NCBI GenBank assembly: GCA_028534125.1 | Contig: CM052817.1 | Location: 77,564,001 to 77,628,000, forward strand | Origin: Lama glama | Taxonomy: Eukaryota | Length of the DNA: 64,000 nt | Reading direction: 5' to 3' | Shown: positions 11,716-24,289 of the stretch, piece by piece | How positions within the stretch are numbered: position 1 is the first letter of the stretch | Layout of the letters: each line of letters starts with the position of its first letter | Position numbers and translations under genes: made by a program | Notes under the pieces: generated by a model | Told to the model about the DNA's origin: nothing | What the model saw: only the letters and a program-made list of their open reading frames with translations | Databases searched by the model: none

Positions 11716-14700
11716 TTAATTTTATTTTTTATTGAAGTGTTGTTTTTGTACAATATTAGTTTCAGGTATACAGTAAAATGATTCATTTACATATATATAT
11801 ATATATATACGTATATATTTTTTCTTTTCAGATTCTTTTCCATTATATGTTTTTACAAGAAGTTGAGTATAATTCCCTGTGCTATAGGTCCTTGTTGTTT
11901 ATTTTATATATAATAATATGTTAGTCCTAAACTCCTAATTTATCCCTCCCCTGCACTTCCCCTTTGATAACCATAGTTTGTTTTCCAAGTCTGTGAGTCT
12001 GTTTTTAGTTTGAAAATAGACTTTGTATCTTTTTTTTAGATTCCACATATAAGTGATACCATATGATATTTGTCTTTCTCTATCTGACTTACTTACTTAA
12101 TATGATAATCTCTAGGTCCATCCATGTTGCTGCAAATGACATTGTTTCTTTCTTTTTTATGGCTGAGTAATATTTCATTGTGTGTATGTATGTATGTATG
12201 TATGTATGTGTGTGTGTGTGTATATATGTGTACACGTGTGTATATATATGTATACGTACACATATATATATACATTTTGAGTTTACTTTTATATATAGTA
12301 TTAGAGAATGCTCCAATTTCATTGTTTTACATGTAGCTGTCCAGTTTTCCCAGAATGACTTACTGAAGAGACTGTCTTTTCTCCATTTTATATTCTTGCC
12401 TCCTTTGTCATAGATTAATTGACCATAAGTGTGTGGGTTTATTTCTGGACTTTCTATCTTGTTCCATTCATCTGTATGTCTGTTTTTGTGCTAGTATCAT
12501 ACTGTTTTGATTACTGTAGCTTTGTAGTATAGTCTGAAGTCAGGGAACTTGATTCCTCTAGCTCTGTTCTTCTTAAGATTGCTTTGGCTATTCAGGGTCC
12601 TTTGTGTTTCCATACAAATTTAAAAATTATTTTAGTTCTGTGAAAAATACCATTGGTATTTTGACCCTGTATATTGCCTTGGTTACTGTGGGCATTTTAA
12701 CAATATTGATTCTCCTAATCCAAGAAAATGGTATATTGTTCCATCTGTTTGTGTCATCTTCAATTTCTTCATCAGTGTCTTATAGTTTTCTAAGTACAGT
12801 TCTTTTGTCTCCTTAGGTAGATTTATTCCTAGGTATTTTATTCTAGGGTAAATGGATTGATATGATAAATGGATTGTTTCCTTAATTTCTTTCTCTGATA
12901 GTTTGTTGTCAGTGTATAGAAATGCAACAAACTTCTATTAATTTTGTATCCTGCAACTTTATTAAATTCATTGTTGAGCTCTAGAGGTCTTCCAGTGGCA
13001 TCTTTAAGATTTTCTGTGTATAGTATCATGTCATCTGCAGCCAGTGACAGTTTTACTTCTTCCTTGCCCATTTTGATTCATTTTATTTCTTTTTCTTTTC
13101 TGATCACTGTGGCTAGGACTTAAAAAGCTATATTGAATTAAGAGTGGTGAGAATAGGCATCCTTGTCTTGTTCCTGATCTTGAAGGAAATGCTTTCAGCC
13201 TCTCACCATTGAGTATAATGTTAGCAATGGGTTTGCCATATATGGCCTTTATTATGTTGAGATCTGTTCCCTCTTTGTCCACTTTCTGGAGAGTTTTTTT
13301 TTTAATCATAAAAGGATGTTGAATTTTATCAGAAGCTTTTTCTGCATCTTTTGAGATGATCATATGATTTTTATTCTTTAATTTGTTAATGTGGTTTTTC
13401 ACATTGATTGATTTGCAGATATTGAAAAATATGTGCATCCCTGGGATTAATCCCTCTTGATCATGGTATGTAATTCTTTTAATGTACTATTAGATTTGGT
13501 TTGCTAATATATTGTTGAGGATTTTTGCATCTGTGTTTATCAGTGATATTGGCCTGTAATTTTATTTTTTTGTGATATCTCCGGTTTTGGTATCAGGGTG
13601 ATGCTGGCCTCATAGAATGAGTTCAGAAGTTTCTTTATCTGCAGTTTTTTGGAATGGTTTGAGAAGGATAGGTGTTAAGTCTTCTCTGGATGTTTGGTGG
13701 AATTCATCAGTGAAGCCATCTCATACTGGACTCTTATTTGTTGGAATTTTTAAATTACTGATTCAATTTCATTACTCGTAATTGGTCTGTTCAAATTTGC
13801 TATTTCTTCCTGATTCAGTGTTGGGATATTGTACCTTTCTGACATACATTTCTTCTAGGTTGTCCACTTTATTAGCATATAGTTGTTCACAGCAGTCTCT
13901 TACGATCCTTTGTATTTCTGTGGTGTCAATTGTAACTATTTTATCATTTTTGATTTTGGGTCTTCTCTCTTTTTTTCTTGAGTCTGGCTAAAGGTTTATC
14001 CATTTTGTTTATCTTTTCAAAGAACAAAGACTGGAAGGTAGTCTCTTGAAAGTAGCACATATATGACTCTTGTTTTTGTATCCATTTGGCCACTCTGTCT
14101 TTCGGTTGAAGCATTTGATCCATTTACATTTAAAGTAATTATTGAGATGTATGTTATTATTGTCATTTTGTTAATTGTTCTGTATTTGTTTTTGTAGGTC
14201 TTTTTTTATTTTTTCTTTTTTTCCCTCTTCTCTTGTGATTTGATCACCAGCATTAGTGTTATGTTTGGATTCCTTTTTCTTTTTTGTGTGTATATCTGTT
14301 GTAGATTTTTGGTTTGTGGTTACCATGAAGTTTTTGTATAGCAGTCTATACATATACATGATTTTTTAAGTTGTTGGTCTCTTAATTTCAAAGGCATTTA
14401 AAAAACCCTTCACTTGTACTCTCCTCTTCTCACTATTACTGTCTTTGATACCATATTTTACGTGTAATTGTTTTGTGTAGCCCTTAACTGCTTCCTGTGG
14501 ATATAGATGATTTCACTACTTTTGTCTTTTAACCTCCCTACTAGCTTTGTGTGTGGATAGTTTTCTACCTTTACTGTATGTTTGCCTTTACCAGTGAGCA
14601 TTTTCATTTCGTAGTTTTCTTGTTTCTAGTTGTGGCCTTTTTCTTTTTGAAAAACCTAGGGAAGTTTCTTTAACATTAATTGTATAGCTGTTTTGGCAGT

Positions 14701-16991
14701 TCTGAACTCTTTCAGCTTTTGCTTGTCCATAATGCTTTTGATTTTTCCATCAGGTCTGAAGGAGAGCCTCACTGGGCAGAGTATTCTTGGTTGTAGGTTT
14801 TCCCCTTTCATCACTTTAAATATATCATGCCACTCCCTTCTGGCTTGCAGAGTGTCTGCTGAAAAATCAACTGATAGCTTTATAGGAATTCCCTTGTATA
14901 TTATTTACTGATTTTTCCTTGCTGCTTTTAATATACTCTCTGTATCTTTAATTTTTATGATTTAAATTACAATGTGTCTTGGTGTGTTCCTCTTTGGATT
15001 AATCCTGTATGGGATTCTGCACTTTCTGGACTTCGGTAACTGTTTCTTTTCCCAAGTCAGGGAAGTTTCTAGCTATTGTGTCTTCACATATGTTCTCATA
15101 TGTTCACATATGTTTCTCTCTCTTCTCCTTCTTGGATCCCTATAATGTGGAATTAGTATGCTTGATGTTGTCCCAGAGGCCTCTTAAACTGTCCTCATTT
15201 CTTTTCATTCTGTTTTCTTTTTTTTGTTCAGAGGCAGTGATTTCCACTACTCTGTCTTCCAGCTCACTGATCCATTCCTCTGTATCATTTAGTCTACTGT
15301 TGATTCCTCCTAGTGTATTTTTCATTTCAGTTATTGTATTCTTCATCTTTGTTTGCTTGTTCTTTACATATTCTGTTTGTTAAAAACTTCTTGCTCTGTG
15401 CATCCATTCTTCTCCTGAATTCTTTGATCATCTTTGGGATCATTACTCTCAACTCTTTCTCAGGTAGATTGCCTATCTCCACTTCACTTACTTCTTCAGA
15501 GGTTTTATCTTGTTCCTTCATCTGGAACATGTTCCATTGCCACCTCATTTTTTCTAAGTTTCTGCTTGTTTTTTATACAGGTAGTAGGTTAATTATGTTT
15601 CTTGACCTTGGAGAAGTGGAGAAGTGGCTTTCTGTAGGAGATGTCCTTTGTGTCCCGGCAGTGCACTCTCCTGTCGTCACCCAAGCTCTGTGCTCTAGAG
15701 GTTCCCCCTAAGAGGGCTGCATGGGTCCTTCTGTTGTGGCAGACTGTGTGGTTGGTCTGGGCTAGGTAAGCCCCTAGCCCAGTTCGTTGTCAGGCCCTGC
15801 CTTGTGCGGATGCCGCTAACTGCTAGTTAGCGGGGTCTGGTCACAAGGTGGCTGCTGCAGAACCCTAGAGGCCTCAGGGTTAGTGCTGGCTCACTGGTGG
15901 GCCCAGTTAGACTCCAGAAGACTCTGGAGCTTTTGCCTGCTCACTGGTGGCATTAGTGCTGGGTCCCGGAAACTGGCTACAAGGTCCAGGGATCCCAGAA
16001 CTGGTGTCAGATGGCTAGTGGTGGAGGGTGGCTCCTGACACAGTTGGGTATGGGGTCCGTGATGTCCTGAAGCTTGCGTTGGCCTGCTAGAGGGCAGAGC
16101 CAGGGCCCAGCTGGCCCCAGGGTGCTGTCTGGCCTTCTGTGGGCGGATTGGGTCTGCAGGCTGCAGCACTGTGGTTTTCTTACATCTGGTGTCTGCTGCC
16201 TGGTGGGGGAGGCTGGTCTGGAGGTAAGTGCAGGCTCCTTTGAGGGCAGGGCCAGTACCTCCACACTGGTGGGTGGAGCTGGGTCCTGGCCCTCTGGTGG
16301 GACATATCTAGAGGTGACTGTGGTCTCAGGAAGTCTTTTGGCAGCCTGTCTGGTGATGTGTGGTCCTGTGTCCCCATACAGTTAGTTGTTTGGCTTGAGG
16401 CCTCCCAGCACTGGGCCTGCAGGCTGTTGGCTGAGGCCAGGTCTTGGCACTCACAAGCTAGAGGAAGGATCCCAAGATGGTGGCCACCACAGGAGTGCCC
16501 ACATGGTAGCATGAGTTCCTAAATATGGCTGCCGCCAGTATCTGTGTCTCCAGGATGAGCTGCAGCCGCCTTCTGCCTCTCTGGGATACTCTCTAAGGCC
16601 AGCAGGTATGTCTGGTCCAGGCTCCCATCAAGTTACTGCGTGTGCCCTGGGTCCTGGTGCATGTGTGATTTTGTACGCACCTTTTAAGAGTGAAGTCTCT
16701 GTTTATCCCAGTCCTGTGGGGCTCCTGAAGTTAAGCCCTGCTGGCCTTCAAAGCCAAATGCCCTAGGTGCTCATCTTCTCACTGCAGGACCCCCAGACTG
16801 GGGAGCCTGATGTGGGGCTCAGAAGTCTCACTCCTGTGGGAGAACCTCTGCAATACTCTCCAGTTCATAGGTCGCCCACCCCAAGGTATGACACTTGATG
16901 GTAATTCTGTAGATAGTTGTGATTTTGGTGAGCTTGTGAGAGGAGGTGAGCTCAGGGTCTTTCTGTTCCTGCATTTTGGCAGATCCTCTTC
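11716..16991 (-). mobile_element. Near-full-length degenerate L1 LINE (5'UTR, ORF1, ORF2 with internal deletions, 3'UTR, poly-A)
   Basis: ORF1 pieces (15140-15548: EIGNLPEKELRVMI, NTITEMKNTLGGINSRLNDTEEWISELEDR); RT pieces (12838-13438: [42 protein letters not shown]); ORF2 end [28 protein letters not shown]-richer 5'UTR 15600-16990; many stops and frameshifts. Confidence 0.95.
12180..12272. repeat. Compound (TATG)n/(TG)n/(TA)n microsatellite inside the L1
   Basis: Read directly from sequence. Confidence 0.9.
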
Positions 16992-17026
16992 CAACTCAAA
17001 ACTGCGCTAAAAACTAGCCTATTAAA

Positions 17027-17047
17027 ACACACACACACACACACACA
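17027..17047. repeat. (CA)n microsatellite
   Basis: Read directly from sequence. Confidence 0.9.
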
Positions 17048-17085
17048 AATGTATCACATAATTCATGAGCCCATGTGAGAGTTGC

Positions 17086-17580
17086 TGTGTTAGAGGGAAT
17101 ACTGGCCCCCAAAGATGTTCATATTCTCGTCCCTGGAACCTGTGAATATGTTACTTTTATGGCTAAAGGAGCTTTGTACATCTGATTGTTAAGCATTTTG
17201 AGATAGGAAGATCATCCTGGATTATCTGTGTGGGCCAAATGCAATCACAAGAGTCCTTTTAGGAGGGAGAGAGTGTTAGAGAAGGAAATGTGAGGATGGA
17301 AGCAGAAGGGTGTTGTGTGTGTGTGTGTGTGTGTGTGACTGTAAGAGGGAGAGTGCTCTGCATGTTCTGCTGTTGGCTTTGAAGATGGACGACGAGGCCA
17401 CAATCTAAGCAGCACAGGCAGCCTCTGAAAGCTCAGAAAGGCTGGGGAATGGCCTCTGGAAGGACTGCAGCCTTGCTGACACATTTTTGACTTTTGATCT
17501 CCTGAACCGTAAGATAATACATTTGTGTTAAGTCAGTACATTTGTGGTAATTTGCTACAGCAGCATTAGGAAACTTAACA
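17086..17580 (+). mobile_element. MLT1 (ERVL-MaLR) solo LTR with an internal (GT)n at about 17315-17337
   Basis: tg..ggcccccaaagatgttcat..cctggaacctgtgaatatgttac start; ttgtggtaatttgctacagcagca..ggaaact..ca end. Confidence 0.85.
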
Positions 17581-19424
17581 ATTGTGTTTTTTTAATGAAA
17601 ATTTAGACAATTGAGTAGAGGAGAGATATTTTCATATTTCATTGTCCATGTGAAAATCAATTCATATTGGTGGTGTTAAAGTTCAGGGACCACTTGCTTG
17701 TGTTTTTTACTGTCAGATGTGTTCTTCATCTCTATTTTTGTTGCTCCCACTGAGAGCAAAGTCACTCTGTTATAGACTTCAGAACCTGTTTGTATGAAAA
17801 TAATCTGGATCTTCTGGCCTCTCCAGTTCCCTAATACCATTTATTCATGTTGGTTACATGATTACGCATGATGCTGCCTCGTCTGTTGTGCTGCCTGTGA
17901 ATACGTGCTTCCAGTGACTCAGTCTGCTAGTGTGCTTCACTGATGATGATCACAAATGCAGGTCTTAAGCAGAATAGACAGAAAAAAATATGAACGATAA
18001 TTTCTGGTCATGTGGAATTTACTTTTCAAAATTTTGTAATACAAAACAGAACAACGTATCTTCCAACCGTGCTTCTCTTGAATTCTTTAGTGAATTCATG
18101 GCATTCCTAAAATGGGACCTCTTATGAGATGAGTGAATGTTGACTTTACTCCTGCCTTCTGTGCATCCACCAGCGGGAAGGAGAGGGGCAGAAGATGTTC
18201 GTATTTGTACGTTCTGTCTCTCGAACAGCACAGCTTACAACAGACCCAGGAAAGCACCAGTTTACTTCGTTGATCAGAACCAAGAGAGGACATTGGAAAA
18301 AGCCTATTGGTATTGCAGGGCAAGTCTAGAAAGCCCTAGGGAGGTAGGCAGAGCACTCCAGGAACACCGTGTGATGCTGGCTGGTGTGGAGCTTTGTGGA
18401 GGTGGGTGGGCCCCTGAGTAAGTCCTGCTTGGAAAACATGCTCTGTCAGATGGGTTACCAACACTCCCTGCCTCAGCCCCCAGCCCTCAGCAGGGACGGC
18501 CCACATACCCAACACCCTCACCCAGGATTTCCAGCTTGCACTCAATCAGGGTAGGAAGATAAGGAAAATAAACAAATCCCCAGCGTTTACTGCTTTTTAT
18601 TAGATTAACTGCACCCATTTAAGGACTGTGGACTGATGGCTGTCACCCTCCAGTCAGGTATCTGACTGGGTTGAGTCAAGGGTGGAACAAGAGGCCAAGA
18701 GTATCATTTTAGGGGTGTTCCTTCATTTGGAAACACAAGAGTAAGGAGCAATGATTCCTCCCAGCAGCTTCTATCAAAGAGTTCTGTTGATAGAGATCTC
18801 CGGGATCGGATCCTACGGTCCTGTGGCACCGACTTCGTGCCCTGTGAAGTATTGTCTTCTGTGGATTGCAGTTATGAATTATGAATTTGTCTGTAGTGGT
18901 GTGGATTAGTAAATTTTATGGAAATTTTATGGGCCTATTTGAGGTTGTGCTCTTCCAAAGACATTTTGCCTTTGCTTTTGCCAGGTGTCCGGGGATGTTA
19001 CCTTCCTGAGACTTCTTTTGGTGCTTACTATTTAACTTGTGTGGTCTTGCATCATATTCAGACCCCAAATCTGTGTTAATATGAGGGTAGAGTCAATGTT
19101 TTTTTTTTTTTTTAACCAGAGCCCAGATTAAGACTGGCATGCTTCCTTTAGTTCTGTGTCACTGAATGGATTTCCCTCCCTTTCCACATGTTGAGAGCAT
19201 AGCTGTTCAGAGTTTTCAGCCTTACTTGGAGGGCTATTCCCCAAATGCTTCACTGGATCTCATGACCATGTTTCCTTCTTGATATAGATCTGTAAATATT
19301 CCTGAGTCTGATATAGCGTCAGCTCACATGCTTACTGACTGGGTTTTTAATTAGCTTTGTTTTTGCCTCTGGGATTTCTCTTACTTTAAGAGCTCAAATA
19401 TACATTTAAAGGATGTTTTCTGGA

Positions 19425-19511
19425 GCATAATGTATAAAAATATTGAATCATCCTGTTGTACACCTGAAACTAACATAATATTGTAAATTAACTATACTTC
19501 AATGAAAAAAA
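19425..19511 (+). mobile_element. Short L1 3'-end fragment
   Basis: gttgtacacctgaaactaacataatattgtaaatttaactatacttcaat followed by an A tail. Confidence 0.75.
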
Positions 19512-21585
19512 GGACTTTTATACAACACTTACAAGTATTTAAATACAATATTTATACATTATAAATATATTTTTAATCATCATCATTTAAAAGTATAAAA
19601 TTTACAAGTATTTAAATAAGAAGTGGGAAGGCTTTCAAGTTCTCAAGTTTGCTACTTCTAGGTCTTCACACGTTTCTTCTGCCTAGAATACTCTTCTTCC
19701 TTTTCATCTAAACCAGGTGTCACATCCTTAAGGAGCCTCTGTGAGCCTCCACTCCCACCCTCAGTGCACAAAGGTTGTCTATTTGCCCTTATGTGTAGCC
19801 TCTGCCAGACTAGATGCTTTGTGAGACCATGCCTGTTAGTTTAGCCCAGCCTGACACTTAGGAGACAATCACGCATTTATGAATGAATGAGTAAATACCT
19901 TCTGTTGACTTTTGTTTTTATTTTTAAATGTAAATCTTGTCTTCTCCACAAGATTACTGGCCTCTAGCCTTTATGAATTTTCCTTGGCTCCCAGCAATAC
20001 AGTAAAACTCCCACTGGTTGTAACTCCAGTGGGGTTATCAAATTTATTAATGAAAACCTGGTAACAAATTTATATACAATAGAAAACAAATATCTTTTTC
20101 CCAATTGTTTTATTCAGGTTTTTTTCCATCTTAAAATTCAGCTCTTGTCCAACTGAAAATTTCTAAAAATGCTGTATTGATTTTTCTATTACCCTTTACT
20201 GAAATTTCTTTTTCCTTTCTTTATAAAAAATTCAATTTTATGTCAAGTGAGAGAAGATGGAAATCTATTCTTTCACTCAGTATTTCTTGAATACCTTCAA
20301 AGCACAAGACAGAAGGCAGAGGTGCTGGTGGGAGGGCTGTGTGATTCAGGCTGGTGTTCTTAGCGCAGGGGAGAATCAAGTATGCTTGAAGGCCTAGGGA
20401 ATGGAGCCAACATAGAAAAAGAGAAGCAGGTGTTACAGGAAAACAGAGGATTTGTCCTGCCTTCATACACTCCCCAAAGAAGTGCTCTACTTACTCTCAC
20501 AGACTCAGCAAAGCACCCTTAGCATCTGCTTCTGTTGGCTTTCCTGGAGAGCGAGAGCAGCTGTAGCTGAGGCGGTTGTTGACCATGTTTTATGCTTTTC
20601 CTCCTTGGTCTGGGTACATCAGCCAGACAGAGAACTCTTGACTTTCAGAGAGCTGGTTGGTGAACGGGAAAGCTTGTGTCTTATGATGGATATGATGGAT
20701 TGGTGTTGTATAAAGTCTAAAAATCAGCCCTGTTGGGTAAGGGATACAGTGATATGAAGTGAAATGTGGCTCTAAAGTGATTGACTTAGGGGATCTTAAA
20801 GTTGGAAGCTATTCTGATAGTTCATGTTCATTCTTCTCTCCCCCACCTTAGCCATACAATCCTGTGTCTTAAATTCCAGTTAGAAAGATGAATTCTAAAA
20901 CATGCTATTGGGATTGCCATCCGATGATTGAATCATCTTTTTTCCTGTATATTTCACACACACACAAAACGCATGCTCATATACTTAAAATGAGGCAAGC
21001 CAAAGAGAACAATCATGCATGCCATTTAATTAGTCAGATTTCTTTTGATTCAAATAATTATTTTGATTCCAGGCGTAATTTTTGTGGATTTTTTATTTTG
21101 AAAAAAATGGGTTGTGACCTGTAAACAGTTTTTTTTCTGCCGAAGCTGAATATAGCTTAACGTCAGAGGATATTCTCTGCAAGTTCAAAGTGTTTGTTTC
21201 TTATGTGCCTTAAAAACAGAAAATCTTGACATTTGCATGTATCAAGTATATATGTATATAAATATATAAATATATCCTTGCTTGCTGAGAAGGCAGCACA
21301 GCTAATAGCAAGAATGTGCGTTCAGAAAAGTTGTCAGATGCTTTCCTTTGATACAAGTAGGGATGATGTCTCAGTGGATGGAATGTTGAGAATCAGAAAG
21401 ACTTGAGATGATCAGTTATTTGGGGAGAATCTTAAACTGGACAAATGGCGGTAAGCAAGTCTTACTTCTCCACTGATTTTTTTTTCCATTTGTTTTTCTT
21501 TAGCTAGTAAATTTTTTTTTTAAATAACAGTTTTATTCATTGTTAATATCCAGTAAGGGTTATTTCTTTAACTACAGCTGAAACT

Positions 21586-21605
21586 GTGGCGCTCTCTAGT
21601 GGTCA
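21586..21605 (-). promoter_or_regulatory. Candidate CTCF-binding site
   Basis: Minus strand TGACCACTAGAGAGCGCCAC; one mismatch to the CCASYAGRKGGCRS core. Confidence 0.5.
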
Positions 21606-21789
21606 GAAAATCTAAAGTATTGTTTACGTGAGCCTTCATTTTATTTTTGCCTTTAGCTTTGTGTACTCGGCATAGCCTAGATGTAGCTCCACACGAAGGG
21701 GGCTTGCCTAGTGGCAGAACTACAAAATGAATCATTAATCCTGCAGTGAATTGTACCTCCACGCCTCTAGACTAGCAGCACTGAAGCAC

Positions 21790-22289
21790 NNNNNNNNNNN
21801 NNNNNNNNNNNNNNNNNNNNNNNNNNNNNNNNNNNNNNNNNNNNNNNNNNNNNNNNNNNNNNNNNNNNNNNNNNNNNNNNNNNNNNNNNNNNNNNNNNNN
21901 NNNNNNNNNNNNNNNNNNNNNNNNNNNNNNNNNNNNNNNNNNNNNNNNNNNNNNNNNNNNNNNNNNNNNNNNNNNNNNNNNNNNNNNNNNNNNNNNNNNN
22001 NNNNNNNNNNNNNNNNNNNNNNNNNNNNNNNNNNNNNNNNNNNNNNNNNNNNNNNNNNNNNNNNNNNNNNNNNNNNNNNNNNNNNNNNNNNNNNNNNNNN
22101 NNNNNNNNNNNNNNNNNNNNNNNNNNNNNNNNNNNNNNNNNNNNNNNNNNNNNNNNNNNNNNNNNNNNNNNNNNNNNNNNNNNNNNNNNNNNNNNNNNNN
22201 NNNNNNNNNNNNNNNNNNNNNNNNNNNNNNNNNNNNNNNNNNNNNNNNNNNNNNNNNNNNNNNNNNNNNNNNNNNNNNNNNNNNNNNNN
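21790..22289. other. Assembly gap (500 N); PDE5A continuity is lost here
   Basis: Run of exactly 500 N. Confidence 1.
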
Positions 22290-23374
22290 AGACAATGTGA
22301 ATATTAGCAAAACAACAGAAAAAAGAGGATTAGAAATGAAAATTTGGCTTTAAAACATTGCACGATATATTCCAGTCAAATATAGGTTATTTTTTAATAC
22401 CTGCCATTTGAATTATCTATATTACTGTTCTTCATTAGTAAGAAAACACAAGTTGAAATTATTATCAGCTCTGTTCTGCTGGAACTCTCAACACTCTATA
22501 CAGCGTTATCTTCAACATACACAAAAATCACCGTTTTTTTATTCTTCACAAAAAGCAAGGAGTCTTCAGTGGTCTGGTCCTTGTGAACTTCCCATACCCC
22601 AAAATAAGTTTACCCTATTTCTTATAAATGTTTGCTATGGCAGGAAAATACTACTATGGTGTTTTCATAGGGCTTCTCAGACAAAAACCACTTTTTTAAG
22701 CTCTAGCCAGTCAAAATGTGCACCCTATGAAAGTAGAGACAAAGAATAATATTTTTAGAATTTACTAAATCAAAAGAGCATGAAAGCTCTGAATTAAAAA
22801 GTTATATGATGGATGCCTGGAACCACTTCCCTAGAATAACTAGTCGATTCCCACTGAAGTTAGGATCTAAGGACACAGATACGAAAAATTTGGCCTGGAA
22901 AGGAGTGAATTACTTCAACGTTTTCTGCACTGATCTTCCTTGTAGACAGTCTCTGGTCAATGTATATGAAACCAAAACCCTTTCCATGAAACAGTACTTA
23001 TAAAATTTAACAGAGGGCTCCAGAGAAAAGGCAATAGAGAACACTAGACTCATCTATGGAGCCAGGTGCAGGCACTGAGTAGTTTTTGAGGAATTCTACT
23101 ATGCAGCAGGTTGAATGGGAGCAGAAGAAATTTGATACTTTTTCTTATATGGTAGGGTTTTCCTTGAAGGAAGTATTTATTTGTCCAAACACTATTAAGT
23201 TTAACATTGGAGTTACTGTAAAGATTTTTTTTAAAGCCATATATATTATATATGAAAGAAAATTAATAAGTAATTTGCCATACTAATCTTCATAATTCAC
23301 AAAATGTAACTTATTTTGTAAGGGGCAATAAATATTATTCTCAATCATCATTAGTGCACATTAAAAAAAACTTA

Positions 23375-23830
<456 letters not shown>

Positions 23831-24230
23831 CTAACTAAATTAGATGTAAAATGCAGGGGACCGCTAAGAAAGGTATTTTGTCATGGGGAAGGCACAGACT
23901 AGCTTTTTAAAAGATATCATGTCCGTGTGTCATGAATTAGGAGAGTCCAAATAGTCACCCGTGCACGGATTCACTTTCAGAGAGCCATGCAAGAAGCCTC
24001 TCTCCAGCTCTTCTCTGATCCCATTCTGTCAGTCTGCAAAGGCATATGTTTCAGGCTCTGGGGGTGGGTTGGGAGCAATGCACACAGCATATGCCCAAGG
24101 ACAAATTGGAACTCCAAGTCCTGACCCTTGTCCTTTTTAAACCATGCTTAAATTTTCAGGCAGAATTACTGCTTGGTTACCAAGAACTAATTTAAAAAAA
24201 TAATATATGCAAATGCAAAATAAAGCCCTG

Positions 24231-24289
24231 GTGAGTGAAGTGAGTGAGTGAATGAGTGCGTGCGTGCGTGCGTGCATGTGTGTGTGTGT
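24231..24289. repeat. Compound (GTGA)n/(GTGC)n/(GT)n microsatellite
   Basis: Read directly from sequence. Confidence 0.9.

Noticed and set aside
12838..15548. L1 ORF1/ORF2 as functional coding sequence
   Set aside because: Frameshifts, stops, internal deletions and an altered RT motif (AADD rather than FADD) indicate an inactive copy
15891..16512. Several GC-rich ORFs on both strands
   Set aside because: They lie inside the L1 5'UTR and show no recognisable protein similarity
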